Shown: one piece after another, positions 40,085 through 53,790 of the stretch
Layout of the letters: each line of letters opens with the position of its first letter
Position numbering within the stretch: the first letter of the stretch is position 1
NCBI RefSeq assembly: GCF_001194135.2
Contig: NC_068985.1
Coordinates: forward strand, 72,241,831-72,305,830
DNA: 64,000 nucleotides
DNA from: Octopus bimaculoides
Lineage: Eukaryota
Reading direction: 5' to 3'
The notes under the pieces: model-generated
Told to the model about the DNA's origin: nothing
What the model saw: only the letters and a program-made list of their open reading frames with translations
Databases searched by the model: none
Program-made: the position numbers and the translations under genes

Positions 40085-40503
40085 TGGTTTTGTAATAAGA
40101 AGCTTGCTTCCCAACCGCATGGTTCCAGGTTCAGTCCTAATGCATGGTACTGTGAGCAAGCATCTTCTTTTATAGCCTTGGCCGACTAAAACCTTATGAG
40201 TGGATTTGGTAGATAGAAATTGAAAAACTGAAAGAAGCCTGTTGCACATATATGTATGTGTTATATATATATATATATATATATATATGTAAAGTGTGTC
40301 TCTGTTTGTCCCCTCCCCAACTGCTTGACAACTGGTGTTGGTGTGTTTACATCCCAATCACTTAGCAGTTCAGCAAAATACACTGATTGAATAGGTACCA
40401 GGCTTTAAAAAAACTCAGTACTGGGGTCAATTAATTTATCTAAAATTTTTCAGAGCAGTGCCCCAGCATGGCCATAGTCCGATGACTGAAGCAACTAAAA
40501 GAT
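40085..40503 (+). mobile_element. SINE family B copy
   Basis: Same three-part architecture with internal (AT)n. Other copies at ~57140-57520 (-), and partial at ~9250-9415 (+), 21230-21380 (-), 27290-27385 (-), 27850-27975 (+) and 44600-44755 (-). Confidence 0.78.
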
Positions 40504-41049
40504 AAAAAATACGTGTAATGTTTCAGTCCATTCTGATGAGGCAGTGGCTTGACAGAATCATTAGGGAGTCAATCAAAATGCTTTGTTTTGTTCTGGCTCT
40601 TTACAGTGTAAGTTTAAATTTGGCCAAAGTGAACTTTATCATTCATTCTTTTGCAGTTGATAAAATAAAATACCAGTCCATTGGTGTCTTGCAATTTTGT
40701 TCCAGCTTTTATTGTTCTCAGTTTGCCTGGCTACCAGCCTTTGCCTTTCCCATGTGCAATAGCAATAGAATGGAGAGCAGTGGCGTACAAGCTTAGGTAA
40801 CTGCTGGTCTCCTATTAAAACTAAAAAATCAAAGCTTTACTCCAGCCTGAGCCATGGAGAGAAACTTTTCCAGGTGTAGATACATGATCAACATGGACCA
40901 AGTGAGGTCACAGATTATAAATGATGATGATGTCTTTATTTTTACCACTTGGACTACTTGGTTAGGGAAAAACCGCTGAACAGAGTTTGGTCACAGAGTT
41001 TGGGGAGAGAGCTATAGAGTGTGGGGAAGAAAGTAAGCCTGTATGTATG

Positions 41050-41080
<31 letters not shown>

Positions 41081-41465
41081 GTGTGTGTGTGTGTGTGTAT
41101 TTAAGTCAATGTATGGATTCAAGTAATCCAGTAATGCTCATAATAAAATCTCTTTAATGTATCATTGTGCAAACCATATAGAATATATAATAATATACAA
41201 GAGAAAAGGATAAGGAGTATATAAAGTCATTAATGATAGAGAAATATTTAGATGATCCTTTATTTAACAAAAGAAATATCCAAATATCACGACAAATTTG
41301 TTTCATAACTCAAAAATATATGCAAATAACTTAAATTGTCATATTTAATAATGAATAAATTACTTACACATCTGCATTATTGCAAAATGCAAAAAACTCA
41401 TTCAAAATAATGCAGAAGTATATATTATATATTATGTATTAGCAACTGAGGCAGTATTAATACCA

Positions 41466-41616
41466 AGAGGTAATATTTATGCCCACTTAAACGTGAATGT
41501 TCGGTTAGAACAAACTATAACTAGAACAATCCATGACAGTTTCTCTCATGGTATCTTCCACAGTATAGTTTGTTCTAACAGAACACCCATGTTTAGGTGG
41601 ACATAAATATTACCTC

Positions 41617-41617
<1 letters not shown>
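41466..41617. repeat. ~150-bp foldback element or MITE with ~54-bp inverted arms
   Basis: Left AGAGGTAATATTTATGCCCACTTAAACGTGAATGTTCGGTTAGAACAAACTATA is complementary to right TATAGTTTGTTCTAACAGAACACCCATGTTTAGGTGGACATAAATATTACCTCT with 6 differences. Inner CCATGA/TCATGG stem. Confidence 0.85.
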
Positions 41618-41650
<33 letters not shown>

Positions 41651-42304
41651 NNNNNNNNNNNNNNNNNNNNNNNNNNNNNNNNNNNNNNNNNNNNNNNNNN
41701 NNNNNNNNNNNNNNNNNNNNNNNNNNNNNNNNNNNNNNNNNNNNNNNNNNNNNNNNNNNNNNNNNNNNNNNNNNNNNNNNNNNNNNNNNNNNNNNNNNNN
41801 NNNNNNNNNNNNNNNNNNNNNNNNNNNNNNNNNNNNNNNNNNNNNNNNNNNNNNNNNNNNNNNNNNNNNNNNNNNNNNNNNNNNNNNNNNNNNNNNNNNN
41901 NNNNNNNNNNNNNNNNNNNNNNNNNNNNNNNNNNNNNNNNNNNNNNNNNNNNNNNNNNNNNNNNNNNNNNNNNNNNNNNNNNNNNNNNNNNNNNNNNNNN
42001 NNNNNNNNNNNNNNNNNNNNNNNNNNNNNNNNNNNNNNNNNNNNNNNNNNNNNNNNNNNNNNNNNNNNNNNNNNNNNNNNNNNNNNNNNNNNNNNNNNNN
42101 NNNNNNNNNNNNNNNNNNNNNNNNNNNNNNNNNNNNNNNNNNNNNNNNNNNNNNNNNNNNNNNNNNNNNNNNNNNNNNNNNNNNNNNNNNNNNNNNNNNN
42201 NNNNNNNNNNNNNNNNNNNNNNNNNNNNNNNNNNNNNNNNNNNNNNNNNNNNNNNNNNNNNNNNNNNNNNNNNNNNNNNNNNNNNNNNNNNNNNNNNNNN
42301 NNNN

Positions 42305-42339
<35 letters not shown>

Positions 42340-43552
42340 GCGTACATCATATATATATATATATATATAAACAATAAGCACACATAATATATATATATAA
42401 ATATATAATATACATACGTAATATATATATATATAATTGTTAATTTAATGTATATATATATATATATATAAATAATATGCATATATAATATATTATGTAT
42501 GTATATTATGTATGCATACATATTAATGAATATGCGTGCATATCCAATATCAAATATGCACACACATACACATGCACGTGTTCACAACTATATAATCAAT
42601 GAAATTCATACTTGTTAAAGGTAAAGAAATAGATAAACATGTAACACGGGAAATGAATATTATGTGGTTATAGATTATCACTATATTTCATGCATCATGT
42701 GCAGAGGTAAGGGGGACGGGAGGAAGAGGCAATTGCATTTATGTGTGCGAGAAAGAGAACTTTGCTTTTAAACTGAATACATAGCAATAAAATTAATGTT
42801 CCAATTTCTCTTAGATAACTTATTTCAGTGATGATCGAATAAAGGAATATGTGTGTATGTTTGTGTGAGTGAGTGTACACATATTTGGAAATATTGAAAA
42901 CTCTTACAGCTTGCCATCTCTTCTTCATTGTGCAAGGTGGTTATATTTTGCTGTTTTTCTTTCTTTAGGATATCAACTATTTCACATTATTGCCATCTCT
43001 TGAAAAAAAAAATGTTCGCTATCCCAATTGCCAGTATACTGACTTACAGATGTTACTGGAAAGCATGTGTTCCAATATCCTCGAAACAATACATCTCAAG
43101 TATATAAGCTGATAATGTTCTGTTATCTTTTCCTTTTATCTTTATATATTTTCTTTTATTATTTTGCATCATTGCCCTGGTTTGAATATTGAGCATGATT
43201 TATATATATCATCATCATCATCAGCACTTAAAATCCATTTTCTATGCTGGCATGGGTTGGATAGCTTGACAGTAACTGGCAAGGCCAGGGGCCACACCAG
43301 GTCCCATAGTCTTTTTTGACTTGGTTTCTATGGCTAGATGTCCTTCTTAATGCCAAACACTCTAGAAAGTGTACTGGGTGCTTTTTATGTAGCACCATCA
43401 CCGATGCTTTTTATGTGACACCAATATATATATAATATATATATATATATANNNNNNNNNNNNNNNNNNNNNNNNNNNNNNNNNNNNNNNNNNNNNNNNN
43501 NNNNNNNNNNNNNNNNNNNNNNNNNNNNNNNNNNNNNNNNNNATATATATAA

Positions 43553-43584
<32 letters not shown>

Positions 43585-44531
43585 ACACACTTAAATATAA
43601 AATGAACTCTTCCATTAACTTCAATGTATGAGGGCCTAACAGCCTTTTTTTTTTTAGCTCTTAGGCTACACACACAGATGCCTTTTTTCAGTAATGAAGG
43701 CTTGTGTAGAACAGTCATAGTTTTTGAAATGTTGATATCAGAAGGTTTGTGTAAATGTTTGCCACAAACTCAATGAAAAATATACTTCAGGCTTTTCTGT
43801 TGGAATTCTCTATCTCCTGTGTTTGTTGCTTTCACCACAGTTTAAAATCCAACTTACCCTGGTAGGCTAAATGTGTATCTGGGTACCAAACCAGAATTTT
43901 CCACATATATTTATGCACCTATATCAAATAAATGAATGGCCATTGACTCTTGTGAATACTTCTGCCTTTTAACAGGTCATGGTTTTTCTTCCTGCAGAGT
44001 GTCCAAAATTTTCTCTACACACCAATCAGGCATGCTGGGTTATGTGTTACCTGTAGCACTGAAGAGCAATTTGACATTATATAGGGTGAGCCAAAAATCA
44101 CGCAAAAAAAGTTTGATACACTCTGGAAGTGTCAAAGATATGCTTCAATTTTTCTAAATTTATTGAGTAAAATAACTAAAATAATGATGAATACACACAT
44201 ACTTGTACATGATTAACAAAATTAATAATAATAATAATAGCATAATATAAGTAAAATGTCAAATGTTTTGATGTGTGACTTTTAGCCCATGTACATATGT
44301 GTGTATTTATATGGCTTCAAAGACATGCAGTGCCAAAAACATTCCACTGCACTTACATACAAACACGCTTCTGTTTGCTGATATAAGCAAACATGCAGAC
44401 ATAGACATGCATGCATACACACACACATATTATTGTCATCATTTTACAACTTCTGCTGATTGATAAAACATATAGAAACTCATATATTGATCCTGTTTGT
44501 CCTAACTTTTGTGTGTATGTGTATGTGTGTG

Positions 44532-44569
<38 letters not shown>

Positions 44570-46950
44570 CGCACGCGTGTGTGTGTGTGTGTGAGTGTGA
44601 CAGTCTTCTTTCAGGTTCCGTCTACCAAATCCAATCACATGGCTTTGGTCAGCCTAGGGTTATAACTAGTAGAAAACACTTGCCAACATGTTGTATAGTG
44701 TGATTGAACTTGAAACTATATGGTTAGGGAATGAACTTATCAGCCACACAAACATATCATGGCAAAGGATGGTGGTATTGAGACATAGGGAGAATAAAGT
44801 AGTCATTCCGTATTCAAGTCACTGAATAATCAGAAATAATTTTTTATACTTTTCTGTTTAATATTCATATTCAATAGCAGAAATATGAAACAAAATTAAT
44901 GAAACCCTGTAAAAAATAGTGATAGCTTCAGGCTTTGCTTTCATTATTTAAGAGAAATAAATAATTTTATAATTACAATCATAGATTTTAGTACATTATT
45001 TTAGAAGTAACTACAGCAACAACATCAGGAAGGAAATGTAATTACTGCAAACCTATTTTTAGTAGAATATCTGTTCACTAAATCATGTGTTTAAAGCTAA
45101 ATTAATGAAAAATACAATTGTCTAAATTTTTAAATGCATTTCAACAATGCCAGTCTGTAGTAATGGCTCCTAAATTTCTTTAAACAGATTTAGGCAGTCT
45201 TATTAGTGAAACTTCTATTTCTTGTGCACTTATACAGTGTATATTAGAATGTAAGGCCTAACTTTGTGTATGAAACAATGGTGATATGGGTGAGAATAGA
45301 TAGATTGGTAGCTGCTATCTTACAGGTTTTCATTTCAAATTATTGGAGGGTTTTTTTTTTTTTTTTTCATTGAAAGTCTGTACATAATTCTGCTTGCTAT
45401 GGTTCATCTAGCTATTAGAAATACATAAACTTACAGAGAATCTCCCTTGCAATTGATCATTGATTAGCATTTTATCCAGGTAAAAGGTTTATTGCTCATT
45501 CATTGGAAGCCTTGAAAGTATGGCTATATACAGACCATTACACTAAGATGATGCTCAGCAACATTGAAATTAAAAATACTGAGGAAACCTTTTTCCTCTA
45601 GCATTTAAACTGGCCGTATCAGGCCCAAATATTCTACTTGTTTTATTTTCATACAGGCCTATTCAGCCTCTCACACTTACCTATAATATCCTTCTAAAAA
45701 TAAACTATCACATCATCAAAATCTCAAATCTACAGGTTAATGCATGATTAATTCAAAACAGTTTGAATCAGTAAGCATTACATTTGACAGAGAAAGATGA
45801 ATACTAAAGGGTCAATTTAGTAAAGTTTGCAAATTTGCATAAGTTTGTATGCCATGTAGAGATTAAAACTTTGTTGTAGAGAACATCTTTTGTTTTTAAT
45901 ATTTATGGTTGCCCTGAGGACTTTGGTCATCAATATGCATCAATATACAAACTTATCAAAAAAATCCTTTATTAAAGGATTTTTACAAACTTGAACCATT
46001 TTCATTGGACTGGTTTTTATATACATTTTTATACATATATAGACATATTTGAATAAACTTGTAATGTACATAGTAGCCAATGTAAGCAATGATGACAGTT
46101 AAATTTTACTGGGAGATTATCTGCTAAGTATAGAAAGATTAAGTGGTTATCAAAGTATTAACTGTATTATCATAAATTAAATATGGAAAATACTGTCTTT
46201 TGGCTTCTGATCAGACATGATTGGATACATCTACGATTTAAGCATTCCAACTATAAACAATCCTATCCTCTTTTTTCCTTCTTTCTACCAAGCTTAGTGT
46301 ATCTAGGACCAAATTATCCAATATCTCCCTCCATTTTAAAGATGGTAGTTGTGATTTCAGAAAGATTTGGCTTTCATTTCTTTGTATAGAATATGTTTTC
46401 AGTAGGTTGCAGGAAATGGACATAATAAAGAAGCTTGGTTCATTGGTAAAGCTTCAATATACCATCCTTAAGGTGGTTATGTTTTGATCTAGATCCATGC
46501 TTCTATCAGCATTTTCATTGTCATTATACAGACTGGTGTGTATATATATATATATATATATAATTTGTGTGTGTATTTCCATAAGTACCCAAAAGCTCTA
46601 ACTTTCACTAAGATATTCTAACTGGAATATCATCTGTTGTCATATTCTCTGCTACCTCCATATCAGTCTAGATACAGCATATCAAGTTTAGACATGAGCT
46701 AAAACAGGGCAAAAGAAAAAAAGGGAATGAACCAGAGGATCATTGGAAGAAACATTTGTTGAACATCTGATTGTAACAATACTGGATCAGTCAGGTTTAG
46801 AGTGTATGCTACTTTAGTTCTCCAAGCCACTCCTACTTTCATCTCTCAGTCCATAGGATTACACAATTCCATGGGCTTTGTCAGAAATAATAGTTAATCT
46901 TCCAAATGCACACAGCTGCCCCATCTGATATCAATAACTGACTTCCTTAA

Positions 46951-47171
46951 CCCTTTCATTACCAACCTGGCTGAAACTGGCTCTGGCTTTGTAGTACAAA
47001 TGTCTTGTTTTCATAAGTTCTGAATTAAAATCTTCTACCAAACCTTAGTCACATTTAATGTTCCTAACACTAGCTTAATGATAACTAAATTATTTTACCA
47101 AATTCTTTGTTATATTTAAAGTAATTGAAAGAAACACGGAGCATCTCAACAGAAATACAGTAAGAAAAGGG
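46951..47171. mobile_element. piggyBac-like MITE flanked by TTAA
   Basis: TTAA|CCCTTTCATTAC ... GTAAGAAAAGGG|TTAA; non-coding interior. Confidence 0.6.
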
Positions 47172-50100
47172 TTAAGGCAGCAAGCTGGCAGAATTGTTAT
47201 CACGCGGGGCAACATGCTTAGCAGCATTTCGTCTGTCTTCACATTCTGAGTTCAAATTTTGCTAAGGTCAACTCTGCCTTTCATCCTTTCAGGATTGATA
47301 AAATAAGTACCAGTTAAACACTGTGGTTTATGTAATCAACCTAAATCCTCCTCAGAACTTGCTGACCTTGTGCAAAAATTTGAAACCTGTATCTGACTTT
47401 CCTTCCTCTAAAACAACCCCCTCCCCCACACACATACAAGCTGGTAAACACCTGCACATGCACTTCACTTTCCATACACTGCCTATACCCTCACACCTAC
47501 TACTTTGACCCATTCACCACTTGCCCAAACTCACATACTATCCTGCCTTGTTCATGCCATTCTCATAGTACCGTACCTTTTTTTCATACCACCACATTTA
47601 TTCTCTGCTGTTATGCACATACACACGCAACACTTCACTCTCTCTCCCTCTCTCTCTCTCTCATACACACACATACACACTTTATTACACTCCCACACTT
47701 AACACTTATCATGTTCATTTCTCTAAGTGCATATTTGTTCTTTTAGCTGAAAACAATGATGAGCTCAGGCAAAAATAATGATGCATCCAATGAACGTGCT
47801 CAGCACTTATATTCACAGGAAGCTTGTTGAACAGGTATAATCAGTGGGTGGGGGTGTCACATATATCACTAAACATACACCATCACACTCACAAGTATGC
47901 ACACACACACCATGAACAGATGATTGCTCTACCTGATGGAAATAGTAGCCAAATCTTTCTTAAATTACTACTTACCATTTTGAAAATGGAAGGATACATT
48001 GGATAATGTAATCTTTGACCTTCAATGTTTGAGGAAAAGACAAGGTACTTAAAGCTGTAATTCCTTTGTCCGTAGGTTTTCTTGATCAGCCAAAACAAAA
48101 ACAAAAAAACAAAGTAGATCTCGGCAATAGATGCAAGTCTGTTTGTGTTAAAAGATTGTTTTTGGAAGTAATTTTAGAGCTGATACTTTTCTTTGTACAC
48201 ACTTTTATATGCATCATTCATACACTTCATTGCTGCTTTTACACAAGTATTAATCAGTGCTGCTTGTAGTCATTTGTTTAAAAGCTGGTTTGTATTTCAA
48301 TTTTTAACTGGGTCTTCTTTTGGTTTTAGTCTCAAGTATCTTTGTTATTGTCCTTAGCCTTTCAATGTAACTGCTTTGGCAGCTGCAACCAAAGCATATT
48401 TCAGGAGAATCTGTGCTTAGCCAATAGCATATTGCTTACTTGTTTTGTTAATTTTATTGCACTTATAAACTCACCAATTCCCTATAGAAAATCTGAGATC
48501 TTTTGAAGTTACTAAAAACCTGCAAACGAATGATTTCCTTTCACCAAACAATCTATTACAAGAAGTTGGTTGGTAAGTGAACAAATAGGAAACCAATTTG
48601 TGTGAATTTGTGCGTGACTATTTGTGTGTAACTATGTGTGATGCATTATTTTCTTCATATTTTATAATTTTAATAAAAACCAACTTTTATGTTTTATAAT
48701 AAAAAAAAAGTTGTTATAGAATTTTTATGAGGATTTCATTTTATTTATGCTTTATTTGTTTTTGATCATGATTTACTGTTTGTTTTTTACTATTAAAAAG
48801 AATATTACTAGAAATAAATTTAGTTTTTTAAAAATTCATATATTGACAACTTAGATTAAGTTTAGCTATGAGCTGAAAATTTTTCCATAATTTCTTAAGC
48901 TTTGAAATGGTGCCATGGTATAGCAGCAGCTCAGTAACTTAACCAGTAAAAGAATAAAAATGTATAAGCCAATACTCATATCAGTGATAGTCATTGCACC
49001 TAGTGTAGTCATTTGAAATCTTGAAACAAGGTAGAAAGTGTCAGATTTTATTCCCTTTGTTACAGAACAGACAAGAAGCTACATACCCTATAATCAAAAT
49101 GTTGTCATTAAAGTGATAATGTCTTCCTGTATAAGGTTTTATTATAAAGAGGCACGACTACATTTTCATTGGCAATTTTGCATAATTTGGGATTTTAACA
49201 GAATAGAAACATTACCTTGACATGTTATCTCTTCTCAATGACTTACAAGAAAGAACAACTTGGGCATTTTTATCTAGCAAGAGTATTGATTTACAATCAG
49301 AAAATAAACCTAGAATGGCAGTCTTACTAGTTACTTTACTTGCTAAGATATGGATTTCATGGTTGTGCTCTTTTACTTTTACAGTCATTAAAGAACACCA
49401 TTATATTTTCTGCCATTGGAATCATAACAAGCTTCTCCTTAAATTATCTATATTTCAGATTTTATCTCTTCCCCCCACTCTTTCTCTCTCACACATACAC
49501 ACACTCACTCACTCACTCACTCACTCACTGAAACCTGTGGTCGTAGTGGTGGCTCTAGTTGGTTGCTCATCCTACTAGAAATAACTGCAAAATCCTCTCA
49601 AATCTTTCCTTACTCTCTTAGGAAAAACACACTGGACAATTTTGGCCTGGGTTCTCTACAACTATGAAAAAGAAGGGACAGTCATGATTAAATTGTTATT
49701 GATCTTAGATCTGTTTGACTGATGACTAACTTTGAGCTAAATAACAAAAACTATAAAGTGAAATAGTTGATGTAGGTATCAGTCACAACAGATTAAATTA
49801 CATCATGTCAGATGTACTTATGTTCTTCACTTTTCAGCATCTTTATGTTACATATATGATATCATTGTTCATCCATCTATACGGATCATGACAATGACAT
49901 TATACATGGACTTAAAGGACTTTTCCATGCTAATGGACTTTCATTTTGAACTTTCTCAGCTCCCATTTTTCAGCTTGTCTACTCCTAGCCTGCTCAGATA
50001 TTATGGTCCCTTCCTTGATGAAACTCTGCCAGATAGAGGTCTCATTTATGAGGTACTCCCATGTCTCTGAATGAATGCAAAAGTAATTTAGAGAGGATTT

Positions 50101-50786
50101 GAGATTATTTCTAATGCATTGGAGTTGCCCATTTTGTATCAGTAAGATACATTACATCTAGAAAACAAATAAAATGATTATGGCTGGAAAACCTTTTATC
50201 ATAAGGACTGACTTGGACTGATCAACAATATCACCTAACAGAGAAAACTCTATAAATATACTCGACTGGCTAGAAGTAGCAACTAGCCATCTCTCTCTCA
50301 TAACTCTATACTATCCTAAAAAAGCAAGGATGCTCTGTCTTGAATGCATATACTATGAGTAAAGAAGAAGCAGGTTGGTCAAGATTAGAATGCCATTCAA
50401 TCATATGATCTGCTTGATCTAGGTTGACATCAGATTAAATGTTAACAATATTTGATGGCTAAATTCTGTTCAAGTCAACCCTGATCAACTGACACATGGT
50501 CAAATATCATTTTAACTGTTTATATCTAAGCTTTTTCTTGATATAATATATCAAAGACTACATTGTCCAATATATGCATTGTTTTTTTAAGGCTATAATG
50601 CATAAGATTTTTAAAAATTTGGCTGCTATTGCTAGCCGATCAAACACCCATGTAGAGGCTTTCTTCATCAGCTCATGTCCTAAAATAATTGTTGCTAAGC
50701 TTCTCAAACCTGATTAAGCAGACATATTATCAAATACATTCCAACCAAGACTATTTTAGGGATATCTAGGATTCCATTATCTAGTG

Positions 50787-51043
50787 CAGTGATTCTCAAC
50801 CAGGGTTCACATGACCCTTGAGGGTCCATATAAAATTTTTTGTCATTAAAGTTTATGTACAACAAATCAGTTATACTTCTTTAATACACAGAATATTTTA
50901 ACAATTTTTTTATACAATTCCTAATAATTAATCATAAACATATGACAATATTTTTTTAAACATCAAATGGTTTTGAGGGTCCATCTGAGTGAAATAGGAA
51001 TCAAGTGGTAGGGTCCATAGGAAAAATTGGTTGAGAACCACTG
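50787..51043. mobile_element. hAT (Charlie-like) MITE with perfect 8-bp TSD
   Basis: TIRs CAGTGATTCTCAACC and GGTTGAGAACCACTG; TSD ATCTAGTG at 50779-50786 and 51044-51051. A related degraded copy lies at ~53040-53370. Confidence 0.88.
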
Positions 51044-52026
51044 ATCTAGTGTATTTTGAAGGAAATTTGGCTTTCTAACCAGTTGAGTAACCACGTAGAA
51101 GCACTTTCTTTGGGTCATTACTCTAAAACGTTATTCATAGACATTTCCCTTATTTCATATATAACTTTTTTAACATTGACTGTCATATATAGATTGTCGT
51201 TGTTATTATTGAGTCTCAGGTTAGCCCTCATCAAGTAGAGTTATAATCAAAGCTATTCCAGTCTTTATTATCTCATCCTTCTTTTGTGGATTGTATATTT
51301 ATGTAATTATTTTTCAATGTTTCCTTTTTTTTCCCCAAAAAAATAGTTGGATTTGATTTGAGTAAGATCTGGGTGCCTTCCTTAGCAGGTTGAAAAAAAA
51401 AACATACAGACAATCTCAGTGACTCAGGTTCCATTGTTAGTTCATATCTCCTTGTCTCAGATCTCATGATCTCAGATCCCTTCAATAACTTGGGTCCCTT
51501 TATTGGCTCTAGTATCTTCATTGGCTCATGTCTCCATATAGACCCAGCTGTCTTCAATGATTCAGATCCTCTCAATGGTTGATTATGTGTAATTTGTAAA
51601 AGAAGAATAAGCAAATACCTTCTCAGTTTCTTGAACCTTCTTTTGTTTTGTACTTTAATTTCTAATACATTATTCTTGTGAAGTAATGTTTATATATGTA
51701 TGTGTATATGTGTGTACATGAGTATACTCTATAAGAGTAAAAAAAAACTAATTTTAGTTTAGAAAAAATGTTTCCTCCAGCAATACTGCTGTGTTTACAA
51801 AAAAGCTGATTTTTGCCTATAATTTAAATGTATTTGCCTATTCCCTCTGGTGCATGCATACCTTCGTACATACGTAGACACACACACACACAAACGTGCA
51901 TGCGCGCACACACATACATACACATTCATACTAATTATGATACTGTATATTTATATTAAACACATCCAGTGTCATGGATATATATGTGGTTGTGTATGTA
52001 TAAACACTTGGGAACGTATGAAAGAG

Positions 52027-52067
<41 letters not shown>

Positions 52068-52394
52068 NNNNNNNNNNATATATATATATAAAATCATGCA
52101 CTTCAATGTGCACATACACAGAGTCTCATATGTGTGTATAAACATTTGAGACTATATAAAAGAACACACACACATATAAATAATATATATGGAGAGAGAG
52201 ATTCATGCATGCACAAATTTGATAATTATACCCACTTTCATTTCACCTCATGTGTTTCGTCATTAAACAATGACACGCTGTTAATTATATAATTAGGCTA
52301 TAATATTAATATCATGTGCAAGTAACAAGTACTAGATATTCAGTCACAGATATTCTCACATTGAACACACCTGAAAAGTGGTGTGAGCATCATC

Positions 52395-52585
52395 ATCATC
52401 ATCATCATCGTTTAACGTCCGCTTTCCATGCTAGCATGGGTTGGACGATTTGACTGAGGACTGGTGCAACCGGATGGCAACAACAGGCTCCAATCTAATT
52501 TGGCAGAGTTTCTACAGCTGGATGCCCTTCCTAACGCCAACCACTCAGAGAGTGTAGTGGGTGCTTTTACGTGTCACCCGCACAG
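52395..52585 (-). mobile_element. SINE family C (RTE-type 3' tail with (GAT)n end), 5'-truncated copy
   Basis: (cat)n cgtttaacgtccgctttccatgctagcatgggttgg...ctggatgcccttcctaacgccaaccac. Other minus copies at ~3505-3716, 13465-13730 and 43215-43420. Confidence 0.78.
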
Positions 52586-52799
52586 AAATAAAATTTTGTT
52601 TCAGGAAAGAATTGCACATGTGTGGAAGTTCAGAAATCTTATTTTTTTAATGTGGTGTACTGAATTTTTACTTTCTGTTTTATTTCTTTACTCAAGACTA
52701 ATATCTTAGTCTTGAATTATTTATAATTACTTATAATTATTCATTGATTCATCTTGTGAATTAAGATGTACTCAATTGAGTTCATGTGAGTCTTTATTG

Positions 52800-52846
<47 letters not shown>

Positions 52847-52856
52847 CTCTCTCTCT

Positions 52857-52897
<41 letters not shown>

Positions 52898-53479
52898 TCT
52901 CTCACTCACTCACTCACATACAGAGAATAATAGCTACCACTCCCTCAATGAAAGAGAAAGCTCAATGCTATTGTAGAATATCAATTTTATTGTTGAAGTT
53001 CAACCCGTTAGTTTGCTACATAGTTATTTTCTTTGGATTGAGGGATTTCTGAACCAAATAAATCTGTGGTTCTCTTATAAGGACTTCTGAGGGTCCATGC
53101 AACAAAATAGTAAATTGGGGATCTACAATAGTATTTTTAAGGGCCCCTGAAAAAATTTTGCTTTAGAAATATGTATTGGTGTGTATTGTAAGAAATAGCT
53201 AGGCTTCTTTCGCTAACATTTTACATATTTCAACTCAAGTTAATGTGTGACTAACAAAATAGGAATTTTGAAAGAAGTATCTCTAAAACTAGTTTTTAAA
53301 CATCGAATGGCTATGGGGGTCCACCAGAGTAAAATAGTAAACAAAGGGGTCCATAGATAGACCCCTGAAATAAATGCATTAATTTCAAGAAATCCCAGCT
53401 CAAGGCTTTCTACTCAGGATGAAACTACTAATCACTGTGACCTTTCAAATACCCACAATTACTCTTAGATATAGATAGG

Positions 53480-53790
53480 TGAAGGTGCATAGCTTAATGG
53501 TTAAGGTATTCAGCTCACAACCATAAGTTCATGAGTTCTGTTTCTGGTGACATGTTGTGTCTTTGACAAAGACACTTTATTTCACATTGCTGCACTCAAC
53601 TCAGCTGACAAAAATGAATTGTACTTGTAATTCAAAGAGCCAGCCTTATCACATTCCATGTCATGCTGAATCTGCTTGAGTACTACATTAAGTGTATGTG
53701 TGGAGTGTTCAGCCACTTGCATGTTAATTTCACGAGCATGCTGTTCCATTGATCAGTCCAACTGGAACACTTGTCATCATAGCCAACAAA
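53480..53790 (+). mobile_element. Diverged copy of the 9455-9839 SINE family
   Basis: Shares cagccttatcaca...gctgaat...tgtggagtgttcagccacttgcatgttaatttcacgag...ctgttccattgatc with the 9455 element. Confidence 0.7.

Noticed and set aside
47747-47834. Exon-like segment ttttAG|CTGAAAAC...GAACAG|GTATAA
   Set aside because: Stops occur in all frames unless a frameshift is invoked.
48076-48136. Candidate exon GFLDQPKQKQKNKVDLGNRC
   Set aside because: Good acceptor but no convincing donor; the sequence is largely an A-rich repeat.
51273-51614. 113-aa minus-strand ORF
   Set aside because: Internally repetitive (ctcagatc-type motifs), with no recognisable domain or splice context; likely TE debris.
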